Positions 48,214 to 58,243 of a stretch of 64,000 bases of DNA are shown here, one piece after another. Within the stretch, counting starts at the first letter, position 1; each line of letters opens with the position of its first letter. The notes under the pieces are model-generated. The model was not told the DNA's origin, ran no database searches, and saw only the letters and a list, made by a program, of their open reading frames with translations. Origin of the DNA: Planctomycetota bacterium (GTDB lineage Bacteria; Planctomycetota; SZUA-567; H5-PLA8). The position numbers and the translations under genes are program-made. The stretch lies in the NCBI GenBank assembly GCA_038227875.1, contig JBBRPR010000043.1, positions 1 to 64,000 on the forward strand. Reading direction: 5' to 3'.

Positions 48214-49713
48214 TCATTCCTTCCGTTCGAGATAAATCACTTTCACGTCCCACGCGTCACCGAAGCACATCTTCAGGTATCCGCGAGTGGCGACGCGGTA
48301 ATTTGCGGCTATGGCGTCGAAAAGTGCTTCGGAATGATAGGCCGGGCCGTCGAATATCATCACTCGCGCGAATTTCTTCTCCCGGAACGGCGCGGTCAGG
48401 GTGTCGTTGGAAAGCCGGCCCGGCGGCAGCACGAAAAGATGCGTGGGTTCGATGAAGTAGGCGTCGGCGTCGGGCCGTTCGGCGATCGCGCCCCAGCAGC
48501 GTTCGGCATAGACAGGCTGCGCGCCGGTCAGGAAATCGTACGCGATTTCCATCTCATTCACTTCATCTTTGTCGGGCGGAGTGAGGTTTTTTTCGAAGGG
48601 CAATTGCAGGTAAAGCTGCAGACCCAGCAGGCCGCAGAGCCCCAGAATCACACCGGGAAATCGCGTTGAAGATTGTGACGGAGTAGGGCATTCCTTTTTA
48701 AGCCACGCATCGGTCAGCAGTGCCGCGGCAATGACCATGCCGGGAAACGCCGGCAGAAAATAGTTGCTGCTGCTGTACATGAAAAGCAGAAACGCAGTCT
48801 GGATGCTGTGCCCAATCACGTACGCGTCGAGTACATCCCACGACCGTCGGGCGGCGTGCCAGAGCGCGCGGCCATACGCGGCGGCGGCGAGCACACCGAG
48901 GCTTTTCAACGCCGGAAGATAACCGTACCAGAACTGTTCCAGCCGCAGCGGACGACGGGAGGACAGTGAGGTCATCGCTTCAATCATGGGCTGGCCGAAC
49001 TGCGCGAGCGCGAGGGCCAGCAGAATCACGCAACTCAGCGCGGTGGCCCCGAGCGCGACGAGTCCCTTGCGCGGATGTTTGATCAGCAGCGTCAGTTGGA
49101 TCAGCGCGAGGCCCGGGAGCGCCGTCTGCTTGGTGAACAGCGCCAGCGCAGCCAGCGCGCCGCCGAGAATCAGATCGCGGCGGCGGAGTTCGGGAGACGT
49201 CAGAAAATAGAGGCTGGACAGGCAGAAGAACGCCATCCAGTTGTCGCAGCGCGGCACAATCAAGAAGTGGCTCATGCTGTAGCAACACGGGATCAGCAGC
49301 ACCGCCCCGGCGATCAGTGCGGGGAGGACGCGGGCGCGCTTTAAAAACAAGCCGGTGAAGAGCATCGTGAGCAATAGCGGAACGGTGGCCAGCACGCGGG
49401 CGGAGGCGAGCGTCGGCGTCACGATTTTGCCAACGAAGGCGGAGATCCAGAGGTAGACGGGCGGATAAATGTTGCCCAGCATCGGGAAGGCGGAACTGTT
49501 GGTATAGACCGGCTCGCCGCGGATGACGCGCCAGGTGTAGACGAGCGCGTCGCCTTCACCGAAGAAATAATCGATTGGATAATGGAGCAGATCGCGGACG
49601 AAGAGCGGCACCACCAGCGCGCGTGCAAGCAGGACGCCGATTACCGCGATGGCGGCGAAGAGCGTCCACCGCGGGAATGCGCGGGGCGCTGGTACTTCCG
49701 GTGCGTCAGACAT
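48214..49713 (-). CDS. Polytopic membrane protein, GT-C glycosyltransferase-like (ArnT/PMT-like)
   Basis: GEG...G.PVY...YPPVY...R.D...ALFTKQT...NYF pattern with many TM helices. Confidence 0.65.
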   Translation of the reverse strand: MSDAPEVPAPRAFPRWTLFAAIAVIGVLLARALVVPLFVRDLLHYPIDYFFGEGDALVYTWRVIRGEPVYTNSSAFPMLGNIYPPVYLWISAFVGKIVTPTLASARVLATVPLLLTMLFTGLFLKRARVLPALIAGAVLLIPCCYSMSHFLIVPRCDNWMAFFCLSSLYFLTSPELRRRDLILGGALAALALFTKQTALPGLALIQLTLLIKHPRKGLVALGATALSCVILLALALAQFGQPMIEAMTSLSSRRPLRLEQFWYGYLPALKSLGVLAAAAYGRALWHAARRSWDVLDAYVIGHSIQTAFLLFMYSSSNYFLPAFPGMVIAAALLTDAWLKKECPTPSQSSTRFPGVILGLCGLLGLQLYLQLPFEKNLTPPDKDEVNEMEIAYDFLTGAQPVYAERCWGAIAERPDADAYFIEPTHLFVLPPGRLSNDTLTAPFREKKFARVMIFDGPAYHSEALFDAIAANYRVATRGYLKMCFGDAWDVKVIYLERKE

Positions 49714-49717
49714 ACGA

Positions 49718-52700
49718 CTACTCTAGCAGTTTCTTCAGATCCATCTGCTCGAGATTCTGGCGCACGGCGCGGATGAAATTGGCGGCGTGCGAACCGTTGA
49801 AGGGCCGGTGATCGAAGACCAGCTTCAGGTTGAGCAGGCTGCGCAGGTCGAGTTTCTTTTCGCCGACGTAGCGCGGTCGCTCCAGGATCGAACCGGCGGT
49901 GAGCATCGCCAACTGCCCCGGAATGACGAACGGTGTGCCGCGCGTGGCTTCGAACGCGCCGATGTTGGTGAGCGTCAGCGACGCGCCTTGCAGGTCGGCG
50001 GAGTTGATCTGGCCGGAGCGGACTTTCTCCGTCAGTTCCTGGATGCGCAACGCGAAGGGGATGAAGCCCATTGTTTCGGCATGCTTGACGACCGGCGAGT
50101 AGAGATTCTCTTCCGGCCCGACGGCGGTGAAGCCGAGATTGATGTGCGAATCGATCAGCAGAGCGTCGCCGGCGGGATTGAGCTTCCCGCGGAAACCTTC
50201 GTGCTTGGTCTCTTTCATCGCCTCGCGCATGGCCCAGAGGATGAAGTGCGTGTAGGTCGGCTTGACCTTGTGGCGCTTGACGAACTCGTCCTTCAACGCT
50301 TCGCGCTGTTTGACCAGATCGGTCAAGTCGGCTTCACATTCGACGTCGACGGTCGGAATTTCAAGCTGGCTCTTGAGTGCCAGCGCGCCGACCTGGATCT
50401 GCGCGTGGCTGAGGCGGACTTCGCGCGGTTTCTCGACGGGAGCCGCAGCCACTTTGGGCGCGGCAGGAGCGGGAGCGGCAGCACTGCCAGCGGTGACTTT
50501 GCCGGGAGCTAGATCAAGCGTCAGCAGCACGCTTTCGACGCGGACGCGCTCGCCTTCCTTGGCGATCAGGTGCGCGACGACGCCGTCGTGTGTTGCTTCG
50601 ATGTCGAACGAGCCCTTGTTCGCTTCCATTTCGGCGAGAGGTTCGCCGACTTTCACAGCCTGGCCCACTTTAACGTGGTAGCGGACGAGCATCGCGTCTT
50701 CGTCGGTCGGCGACTGACGCGGAATTTCGATATCGACGCTCTTGGCGCCGCCCGCGACAGGCGCAGCCACGACGGCGGTTTCCACTTTCTTGGCGGCAAC
50801 GACCACCGGCGCGGCGGTTTGATGCGCTGCGCGGAGATTCTGTGCGCAGAGGTCGCGGATGGCGCTGGCGATCTCTTCGACGCTGGGCAGGATCGCCAGT
50901 TCGAGCGCGTAGTTGAACGGGTTGTGATCGTCGGACTTGGTGACGCGCCGCGGTACGGCGCGCAGGTGCTGGAAGCCTTCGCTGACGACTTCCGCCAGAA
51001 TTTCCGCGCCGACGCCGCAGGTCTTCGCGTCTTCGTGGACGACGAGGATGCGGCCGGTCTTCTTGACGGAGGCCATGACGCTGTCGATGTCCCACGGGTT
51101 GATCGTGCGCAGGTCGATGATCTCGCTGCTCATGCCATCGCCGGCGGCCTTCTCGGCGGCGGCGACACACATCGCGACGCAGTTGCCCCAGGTCACGATG
51201 GTGAGATCGGAGCCTTCCTGAACCGTGCGCGCTTTGCCGAAGGGAATGATGCAATCCTTCGCCGGCTCGTGGACCGTGTCTTCGGCGCCGTGGAGCAGCG
51301 CTTTGGGATAGAGGAAGAGCACCGGCCTACCGCAGCGCAACCCGTAACGCAGCAGTCCCGCGGCGTCACCGGGATTGGACGGGATGACGACATGCATGCC
51401 GGGGATGTGCGCGTATATCGCTTCGTTGGTCTGGCTGTGCCAGGGGCCAAGGCCCGGGAGGTACGCACCATACGGGGCCATGATCACGAGCGCGCAATTC
51501 CATTCGCCCAGCGAACGCCAGTACATCGTCATTACTTCGTTGAAGAGCTGGTTGAGCCCCGGGCCCATGAAGTCGATAAACTGGATCGCGGAGACCGGCA
51601 GGTCGCCCATCAGCGCGCGGCCGACGGCAGAGCCGATGATGGTGGCTTCGGCCAGCGGGGAATTTTTGACGCGGCCGGGAAACTGACGCGAGAGTCCGCG
51701 CGTGGTGCCGAAGACGTCGCCCTTCGGATCTTCGATGTCTTCACCGTAGAGACAGACGCGATCGTTGGCGCGCATCTCCGTCTCGAGGACCAGGTCGATG
51801 CACTGGGCCATGGTCATACCGCCGGAGCGCTTGGCCAGCGGCGTGGGGAGATGCTGCTCGACTTTCGGCAGTCCCGGCGGGAGCGGCGCGTAGGCGGAAT
51901 TGCGGACTGTTTCCAGATCCGGTTCGGGCGCGGCCTTGGCGTGCATGATCGCGATTTCGACATCGGCCTTGATCTTCTCGCGGATCGCGTCGACTTCCGC
52001 GGGGGTGACGATCTTTTCCTTGAGGCAGGCTTCCGTGTAGCGCTTGACCGGGTCCTTGGTCTGCAGCGCCTGGAGTTCTTCCGGCGAACGGTAGAGGCGG
52101 TGGTCGTCGGAGCTGGAGTGGCTCTTCAGGCGTTCGAGCTTGGTGATCAGGCAGGTCGGTCCGCCGCCGCTGCGCGCGCGTTCGATGGCGCTCTTGGCCG
52201 CCTCGTAGACCGTCACGGGGCACAGTCCGTCGACGATGTCGACGCGGCAACCGTGGAACCACTGGGTGTTATCCGGTCCTGAGGCGAGGCTGTGGGGGAT
52301 CGTCCAGAACGTCTTGCCGACGGTGGCCGTCGAAATGCCGTAACCGTTGTCTTCAATCAGAAAGACGATCGGCAGCTTGTCGACGACCGCCTGGGCGATG
52401 GCTTCGAGCGATTCGCCTTCGCGCGAAGTGGCGTCGCCGATGGACGAGACGATCACTTCCGGAATCTTGCGTTCCTTCAGCGACATGGCCATGCCGACGG
52501 CCTGCAGCATATTCGTTGCGACGGGGCTGGAGAGCGAGACAATGCGGTGCTGGCGCGAATTGTAATGCACGGGCATCTGCCGGCCGCTCGAGGGGCCGGC
52601 GTCCTTGCTGAAGAAATCGAGGAAGAAATGTTCGTGCGTGACGCCGCGGCCCAGCACAATGGCGCGGTCGCGGTAGTGGGGATGGAGCCAGTCTTCCGGA

Positions 52701-52891
52701 TGCATTGCCAGCGCTACGCCCGCCAGCGCTTCGTGGCCTTCCGACGACATCTGAAAATGGCCCTGTCCCCGCCGCTTCAACGCCTGTTCTGCTTCGTCGT
52801 TGAGCCGGGAGCTGAGCATCAACGTGAGCAGCTTAAGTTTGAGTTCGGTGCTGGTGGGGGTGGCGTGTTGAGTGGGAGTGGTGTTGGCCAT
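49718..52891 (-). CDS. Fused 2-oxoacid dehydrogenase: E1alpha + E1beta + lipoyl domain + E2 acyltransferase
   Basis: HYRD, GRQMP.H, TPP motif GDA...EG...EDN, HSSSDD; GEDI...G.VF..T, NSPLAE, IQF.DF, WHSQ, IDLRT; lipoyl EANKG; E2 TNIG...DHR. Confidence 0.92.
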   Translation of the reverse strand: MANTTPTQHATPTSTELKLKLLTLMLSSRLNDEAEQALKRRGQGHFQMSSEGHEALAGVALAMHPEDWLHPHYRDRAIVLGRGVTHEHFFLDFFSKDAGPSSGRQMPVHYNSRQHRIVSLSSPVATNMLQAVGMAMSLKERKIPEVIVSSIGDATSREGESLEAIAQAVVDKLPIVFLIEDNGYGISTATVGKTFWTIPHSLASGPDNTQWFHGCRVDIVDGLCPVTVYEAAKSAIERARSGGGPTCLITKLERLKSHSSSDDHRLYRSPEELQALQTKDPVKRYTEACLKEKIVTPAEVDAIREKIKADVEIAIMHAKAAPEPDLETVRNSAYAPLPPGLPKVEQHLPTPLAKRSGGMTMAQCIDLVLETEMRANDRVCLYGEDIEDPKGDVFGTTRGLSRQFPGRVKNSPLAEATIIGSAVGRALMGDLPVSAIQFIDFMGPGLNQLFNEVMTMYWRSLGEWNCALVIMAPYGAYLPGLGPWHSQTNEAIYAHIPGMHVVIPSNPGDAAGLLRYGLRCGRPVLFLYPKALLHGAEDTVHEPAKDCIIPFGKARTVQEGSDLTIVTWGNCVAMCVAAAEKAAGDGMSSEIIDLRTINPWDIDSVMASVKKTGRILVVHEDAKTCGVGAEILAEVVSEGFQHLRAVPRRVTKSDDHNPFNYALELAILPSVEEIASAIRDLCAQNLRAAHQTAAPVVVAAKKVETAVVAAPVAGGAKSVDIEIPRQSPTDEDAMLVRYHVKVGQAVKVGEPLAEMEANKGSFDIEATHDGVVAHLIAKEGERVRVESVLLTLDLAPGKVTAGSAAAPAPAAPKVAAAPVEKPREVRLSHAQIQVGALALKSQLEIPTVDVECEADLTDLVKQREALKDEFVKRHKVKPTYTHFILWAMREAMKETKHEGFRGKLNPAGDALLIDSHINLGFTAVGPEENLYSPVVKHAETMGFIPFALRIQELTEKVRSGQINSADLQGASLTLTNIGAFEATRGTPFVIPGQLAMLTAGSILERPRYVGEKKLDLRSLLNLKLVFDHRPFNGSHAANFIRAVRQNLEQMDLKKLLE

Positions 52892-53128
52892 TCCGGAGGT
52901 TTCCTCGCGATGTACTTAATGGGCGCTTGTCGTAAACCTCAGATTAGATCAATTCGAGTTCGGATGCCAAGGAAGGTTGGCAAATTTCACCGGACTGTGA
53001 GTTAACTGAACGAATTGGACCCAATGAAATCGGGTCTCAAATTGCAGTTGCTACTGGCAATGGAATGCGGACAGAACTAAACTGAGCTTATATTTGGGAT
53101 ACGTCTTGCGTATGATCTGGGGAGGTTT

Positions 53129-54709
53129 ATGGGGACGGATGTGCTAACCGAACCATCGAACGTGATTCCACCCGTCAGCCGGGATGTCCGCGTACTTGTG
53201 GTCGATGACGCTGACGATCTGCGCCGGACTTACGTCCAGGGCCTGGAACTGCTGGGCTACGCCGTCGATCAGGCGCGCAATGGTCATGAAGCGCTGGAGC
53301 GCATCCACAAGGAACACTTCGACGCGGTGGTGCTCGACCTGAACATGCCCGGCATGGACGGCTTGAGCTGCCTCAAGGCGCTGAAGGAAGAACGCAAGGA
53401 TATCGAAGTGCTGATTGTCACCGGCTACGGCACGATTCCCTCGGCCGTGGAGGCGATGCGGCTGGGCGCGTACGACTACATTGCCAAACCCTTTTCCTTC
53501 GATGAACTCGACCAGCGCCTGAAACGCTGCATGGAAGCGCGCGACCTGCGCTGGGAAAATCTCCACCTGCGCGGGCTGTTGCGCGAGAAGTACCACTACG
53601 AAAATCTGATCGGCAAGTCTGAACCGATGCGCCGCGTCTTCCGCATGATCCGCCAGGCCGCGCAGAGCCGTTCGACGGTGCTGCTGCTGGGCAAGTCGGG
53701 CACCGGCAAGGAACTGGTCGCCCGCGCGATCCACTTCGGCAGCCCCGTCGCCGCCGGACCGATGGTGACCGTCGATTGCGGCGCAATTGCGCCGACGGTG
53801 ATCGAGAGCGAATTGTTCGGCCACGTCAAGGGCGCGTTCACCGGCGCGGTCATGAACAAGGAAGGCATGTTCCGCCAGGCTCGCGGCGGAACGATTTTCT
53901 TCGACGAAATCGGCGAACTGCCGCTGGAAATGCAGACCAAGTTGCTCCGCGCGCTGCAGGAACGCGAGATCCGGCCGGTCGGTTCCGACCGCACGTATCC
54001 CGTCGATGTCCGCGTCGTGGCCGCCACGCACCGCGACCTGCAGCAGGCCGTGAAGGAAGGCCGTTTCCGCGAAGATCTCTTCTACCGCCTGAACGTGATC
54101 AGCATCCACATACCCGCCTTGAGCGAACGGCGCGAAGACGTGGCCGCGCTGCTGACGCACTTTTTGAAGAAGCATGCCCGCACCAGCCGCACCGTGGAGC
54201 GCATCGACGGGCAGGTGATCGAAGCGATGACCGCCTACGATTGGCCCGGCAATGTGCGCGAACTGGAAAACATGGTCGAGCGCGCGTTGGCGCTGGGGCA
54301 GGGCACGATGCTGCTGCTGAGCGACCTGCCACCCCATGTCGCCGCACTGGCGCGGTCGTCCCGCCTTGCGGAGCAGGCGACCGCTCTGGCCGAATCGCAA
54401 GCCGCCGCCACATCCGCCTTGCAACCGCCGGCGAAGCCGCCCAGCGACATCGACCTGACGCGTGTCTCCGACGAACAATCGCTGGTCAACGAATCGCCGC
54501 TGGTTCCTCCCGGCGAAAACGCGAAAGGCGAAGGCCTGATCAGCGGTCAGAATACTCTCGATGACATTGAACGGCAGGCGATCATGGCGACGCTGCAGAG
54601 CACCGGCGGCGACCGCACCAGTTGCGCGCGCATCCTAGGCATCGACAAGTCCACGCTCTACCGCAAGCTGAAGCGCTACAATTTGGATCACGGCCGCGCC
54701 GAAGAGTGA
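53129..54709 (+). CDS. Sigma-54-dependent response regulator (NtrC/AtoC family)
   Basis: Receiver domain (VVDD, LDLNMP, KP), GKSGTGKE, ESELFGHVKGAFTGA, DEIGE, WPGNVREL, C-terminal Fis-type HTH. Confidence 0.95.
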   Translation: MGTDVLTEPSNVIPPVSRDVRVLVVDDADDLRRTYVQGLELLGYAVDQARNGHEALERIHKEHFDAVVLDLNMPGMDGLSCLKALKEERKDIEVLIVTGYGTIPSAVEAMRLGAYDYIAKPFSFDELDQRLKRCMEARDLRWENLHLRGLLREKYHYENLIGKSEPMRRVFRMIRQAAQSRSTVLLLGKSGTGKELVARAIHFGSPVAAGPMVTVDCGAIAPTVIESELFGHVKGAFTGAVMNKEGMFRQARGGTIFFDEIGELPLEMQTKLLRALQEREIRPVGSDRTYPVDVRVVAATHRDLQQAVKEGRFREDLFYRLNVISIHIPALSERREDVAALLTHFLKKHARTSRTVERIDGQVIEAMTAYDWPGNVRELENMVERALALGQGTMLLLSDLPPHVAALARSSRLAEQATALAESQAAATSALQPPAKPPSDIDLTRVSDEQSLVNESPLVPPGENAKGEGLISGQNTLDDIERQAIMATLQSTGGDRTSCARILGIDKSTLYRKLKRYNLDHGRAEE

Positions 54710-54731
54710 TTCCCGAAGCCGTTTACGGAGT

Positions 54732-54763
54732 TGGACCATGCCGCAAATTTGCGGTATGGTCCA
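54732..54763. terminator. Hairpin downstream of the regulator
   Basis: tggaccatgccgcaa-at-ttgcggtatggtcca; no T-tract. Confidence 0.45.
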
Positions 54764-54946
54764 CACCAGTGACACAGGCTTGATATCGGCAGTTCATAAT
54801 TCATCATTTCATTCCTAACGTCCCCCTATTGTACTTATTTCCCCATTGAAACGCCTCCGGGCATGGACTATAAAAACTCCTCCGCATTGCTCTTGTGCGG
54901 CCGAATCTTATCTCTCAATTTTTGACGCCGTGCGCGGGACTCTTGC

Positions 54947-57900
54947 ATGTCGGATTCCGGGATCGATATCGAACCAGCCGCGTCGAAACGGCCGGGCTCC
55001 AGCCGCGTCAAAAACGTGGCCGACGACACGCCCAAATCGATCAAGGAAGTCAACGGATTCGCGATCATTGAGAAAGTGGGCCAGGGTGGCATGGGCGCCG
55101 TTTACAAGGCGCGTCAGAAATCCCTCGACCGCGTCGTCGCGCTGAAAATCCTGCCGCCACGCATCGCCAAGAACAAGCAGTTCATCGAACGCTTCCAGCG
55201 CGAAGCCCGCGCGTCGGCGAAACTCTGCCACCCCAATCTCGTCCAGGGCATCGATTTCGGCCAGGATCCCGTCAGCAAGCTCTGGTATTTCGCCATGGAG
55301 TTCATCGATGGCGCGACGCTCAAAAAAGTGATCAAGGAAGAGAAACGCATTCCGCAAAAGCGCGCGCTGGAAATAGTGCGCGAAGTCGCCCGGGCGCTCG
55401 ACGCCATTCACAGCATGAGCATGATTCACCGCGACATCAAGCCTGATAATATCATGCTGACCTCGCGCGGCGACGTGAAGGTCACGGACTTCGGCCTGAC
55501 GCGCGAAGTCGAAGACGATGCGGAGATGACGCAATCCGGCAGCGCCGTGGGCACGCCGCATTACATGCCGCCCGAACAGGTCCGGGGCTTACGCGATCTG
55601 GACATCCGCGCGGATCTGTATGCGCTCGGCGCGACGCTCTACCACATGGTCACCGGCAAGACGCCGTTCGCGGGCAGTTCCAGCGCGGAAGTGTTGAGTA
55701 AACATCTGACCGATCCGACGCCGCTGGCGCACAAACAGTGTACCGATGTCAGCGAAGGATGCAGCCGGCTGATTTTAAAGTTGATGGAGAAAAAGCGCGA
55801 AGACCGCGTGCAGACGCCACAGGACTTGGTCGCGCGCATCGATGTGTTGCTGGATCCGGGCAACACGACGACGGGCAAGAAGACGGCGATCATGAACGCC
55901 GCGCGCTCGTCGGGGACGCGGTCGGCGGTGCGCGGCGGCATGAGCGGCCAGCGCAATGCCGTCGGCGGGTTCGAATCGACCGGACCGTTGCAGCGCGTGA
56001 CCACCGGAAAGCGCACGGCCATCACCAATGCAGTCTCCTTCGCGACGACCGGGTCGGTGACGCCGGTCGGCGAAGCCCGGCCTGATGCCTCAGTCAGTGC
56101 CGCGCGCAAGGCGACGCGAAAAGGCGGGCTGCCCGTCTGGGCGCTCGCCGCCGTTGGCGCGGTGGTCTTGATCGTGCTCGTCGCGGTGCTCGGCGGAAAA
56201 TCAGAGAAGCCGCCGGTCGCGCAGAAGCCGCCGGAAAATCCGATGCCAGCCCCCGTACCTCTTCCGACAACGGTTCCCGCGGTCGCGTCCAACGCTCCGA
56301 AGGAACCGGGACGCGACGAGAAGGCGCGCTCGGCCCTCACTGCGGCGCTGGAGATGGAGAAAGCCCACGCAGAAGACTACGGATCGATTCTGGATCTAAT
56401 GACCGCCGCTGCGCAGCTCGGCCGCGACCTGTCGATCGCGACGACCATCGAGCAGGCGCGGAAGGAAACCGAACACCGCTGGTCGGAAGCGTTCTCAAAA
56501 TCGCTTAAGGCGCTTAGCGCCACGGCCGAAGCCGCCTGCGCGAAGGGCGAATTCGCGGCGGGACTCGCGGCGCTCAACGACGCGGCGATCCCTGAAAATC
56601 TGCGCGTGTTGAACTGGCGCGAACAGCTCGACGCGGCGCGCAAACCGATCAAGGACTCCGCCGAAACGGCGCTGACGAAGATTCTCGACGACGCACAAGC
56701 CCTGGCCAAACCCGGCGATGCCGCGGGCATGAACGGCGCGTTGGAGAAATTGAAAGCCGGCGATGCCATTCCCGCCGACATGGCGCCCTCGGCCGGAAAG
56801 CTCGGCGAACTGCGAACGCGCTGGACGGCAGAGATCGCCGCGCTGCAGGCCAAGGCCGATGCCTCCAAGCAGGAGCGTCTGGAAAAAGCGCAAGCTGCCG
56901 CGGCGGGTGTGCGCAAGGAACTCGCGCCTGTGCTGATGCAGTTCCATTTTTCAGCGGCGCTCGAGCAGCTTGACCGGGCGATGCAGGACCCCGCGCTGGC
57001 GCCCGCGAAAGAAGCGCTGGCGGCGGACAAGTCTGATCTCGAAGCTGTTATCGCGCTGCGCCAGAATGCCATTACGGCGATCCATGCCTCCGGCGGCAAA
57101 GCCATTACACTCAATCGCGGCAAAACGACGATCAGCGGCAAGGTGAAGGACGAACCGAGCGGCAAGCGCATCAACCTGGAGTTGGCCGACGGACCGGAGA
57201 TGTCGATCGGCGTCGATCAGCTGGAGGCGCGCGACATCAACTCGTTCGCGCCGCCGGTGGACGGTGCCGGCAAAGCCGAAGACGCGCGCCGTCGCGGTCT
57301 GCTCTTCTTCGTCACCGGCGATTTCACGAAGGCCAAGTCCTGGTTCAAAACGGCTCAGGAGAGCGGACTGGGCGACGTGGCCAAGGCGTACCTCGACCGC
57401 ATCGAAATCCTGGAGCTGGGTGAAGTTGAAGTACACGCGCGGAAAGACTGGACCGATGCGGACGTGATCTTCCAAGCCAAGCGCTGGGACGACGCGCTGA
57501 AAGCGTACACGCTCTTCGGTCAGATGTACGCGAAGACGAAATACGGTGTGCAGATGGCCGGAGAGCTTAAGGCACGCTTGGACGCCATCGACGCGGCGCT
57601 GCATCCCACCAAGCCCGGACTTTCAGCAGTCTATTATCGCGGTAAGGAATTCAAGGATGCCGACAAGATCATGGCACGCGTCGACGCGAACGTGAATTTT
57701 GATTGGAGCGGCCAGACCCCCTCACCGGAGGTGCCGCACGACGACTATTGCGTGCGCTGGACCGGCCTGTTGAAAGTTCCGAAAGCCGGCCACTACACGA
57801 TCGCGACCGTCGCCGACGACGGCGCGCGCACGTGGATCGATGGTAAGCAGGTAAGCAGCGATTGGGGCATCCATCCGCCCCAGCGCTTTTCCGGCGAGCT

Positions 57901-58051
57901 CGATCTGACCGAAGGGCTTCATGAGTTCAAGGTTGAATTTTTTCAGCACGGCGGAGGTTCAGTCATCAACCTGCTGTGGGGCTTGAAAGACGGTTTTCCC
58001 GAAGCGACGATTCCCGCCAGCGCTCTCTTCCACGATCCGCGCGTGAAGTAA
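54947..58051 (+). CDS. Membrane Ser/Thr protein kinase with a C-terminal PA14 domain
   Basis: GQGGMGAVY, VALK, HRDIKPDN, DFG, GTPHYMPPEQ; TM helix; PGL...YY...NFDW...VRWTG...DDGAR.WIDG. Confidence 0.93.
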   Translation: MSDSGIDIEPAASKRPGSSRVKNVADDTPKSIKEVNGFAIIEKVGQGGMGAVYKARQKSLDRVVALKILPPRIAKNKQFIERFQREARASAKLCHPNLVQGIDFGQDPVSKLWYFAMEFIDGATLKKVIKEEKRIPQKRALEIVREVARALDAIHSMSMIHRDIKPDNIMLTSRGDVKVTDFGLTREVEDDAEMTQSGSAVGTPHYMPPEQVRGLRDLDIRADLYALGATLYHMVTGKTPFAGSSSAEVLSKHLTDPTPLAHKQCTDVSEGCSRLILKLMEKKREDRVQTPQDLVARIDVLLDPGNTTTGKKTAIMNAARSSGTRSAVRGGMSGQRNAVGGFESTGPLQRVTTGKRTAITNAVSFATTGSVTPVGEARPDASVSAARKATRKGGLPVWALAAVGAVVLIVLVAVLGGKSEKPPVAQKPPENPMPAPVPLPTTVPAVASNAPKEPGRDEKARSALTAALEMEKAHAEDYGSILDLMTAAAQLGRDLSIATTIEQARKETEHRWSEAFSKSLKALSATAEAACAKGEFAAGLAALNDAAIPENLRVLNWREQLDAARKPIKDSAETALTKILDDAQALAKPGDAAGMNGALEKLKAGDAIPADMAPSAGKLGELRTRWTAEIAALQAKADASKQERLEKAQAAAAGVRKELAPVLMQFHFSAALEQLDRAMQDPALAPAKEALAADKSDLEAVIALRQNAITAIHASGGKAITLNRGKTTISGKVKDEPSGKRINLELADGPEMSIGVDQLEARDINSFAPPVDGAGKAEDARRRGLLFFVTGDFTKAKSWFKTAQESGLGDVAKAYLDRIEILELGEVEVHARKDWTDADVIFQAKRWDDALKAYTLFGQMYAKTKYGVQMAGELKARLDAIDAALHPTKPGLSAVYYRGKEFKDADKIMARVDANVNFDWSGQTPSPEVPHDDYCVRWTGLLKVPKAGHYTIATVADDGARTWIDGKQVSSDWGIHPPQRFSGELDLTEGLHEFKVEFFQHGGGSVINLLWGLKDGFPEATIPASALFHDPRVK

Positions 58052-58055
58052 TCCC

Positions 58056-58210
58056 TGTGTGACAAGGAGCAAGCCGCTGTTTGCTTGCTCCTTGCTCAAC
58101 GCTCGGCCTAACGAAATGGATGTCGTCGTTCGTTCGGCTGACTCACTCGCTTGCGAACTCCGTGCGTTAAGCAGGGAGCAAGCAAACTGCCGCTTGCTCT
58201 CTGACACACA
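58056..58210. repeat. REPIN/MITE-like imperfect inverted repeat with arms of about 50 bp
   Basis: Each arm holds the palindrome gagcaagc..gcttgctc; the arms are reverse complements. Confidence 0.75.
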
Positions 58211-58243
58211 TTCGCCAGCGCTTGCCAAATAGAATGTTCCGTC

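Noticed and set aside
53055..53068. TGGCAATGGAATGC as a sigma-54 promoter for the NtrC-type gene
   Set aside because: Spacing is GG-N9-GC, not the required N10
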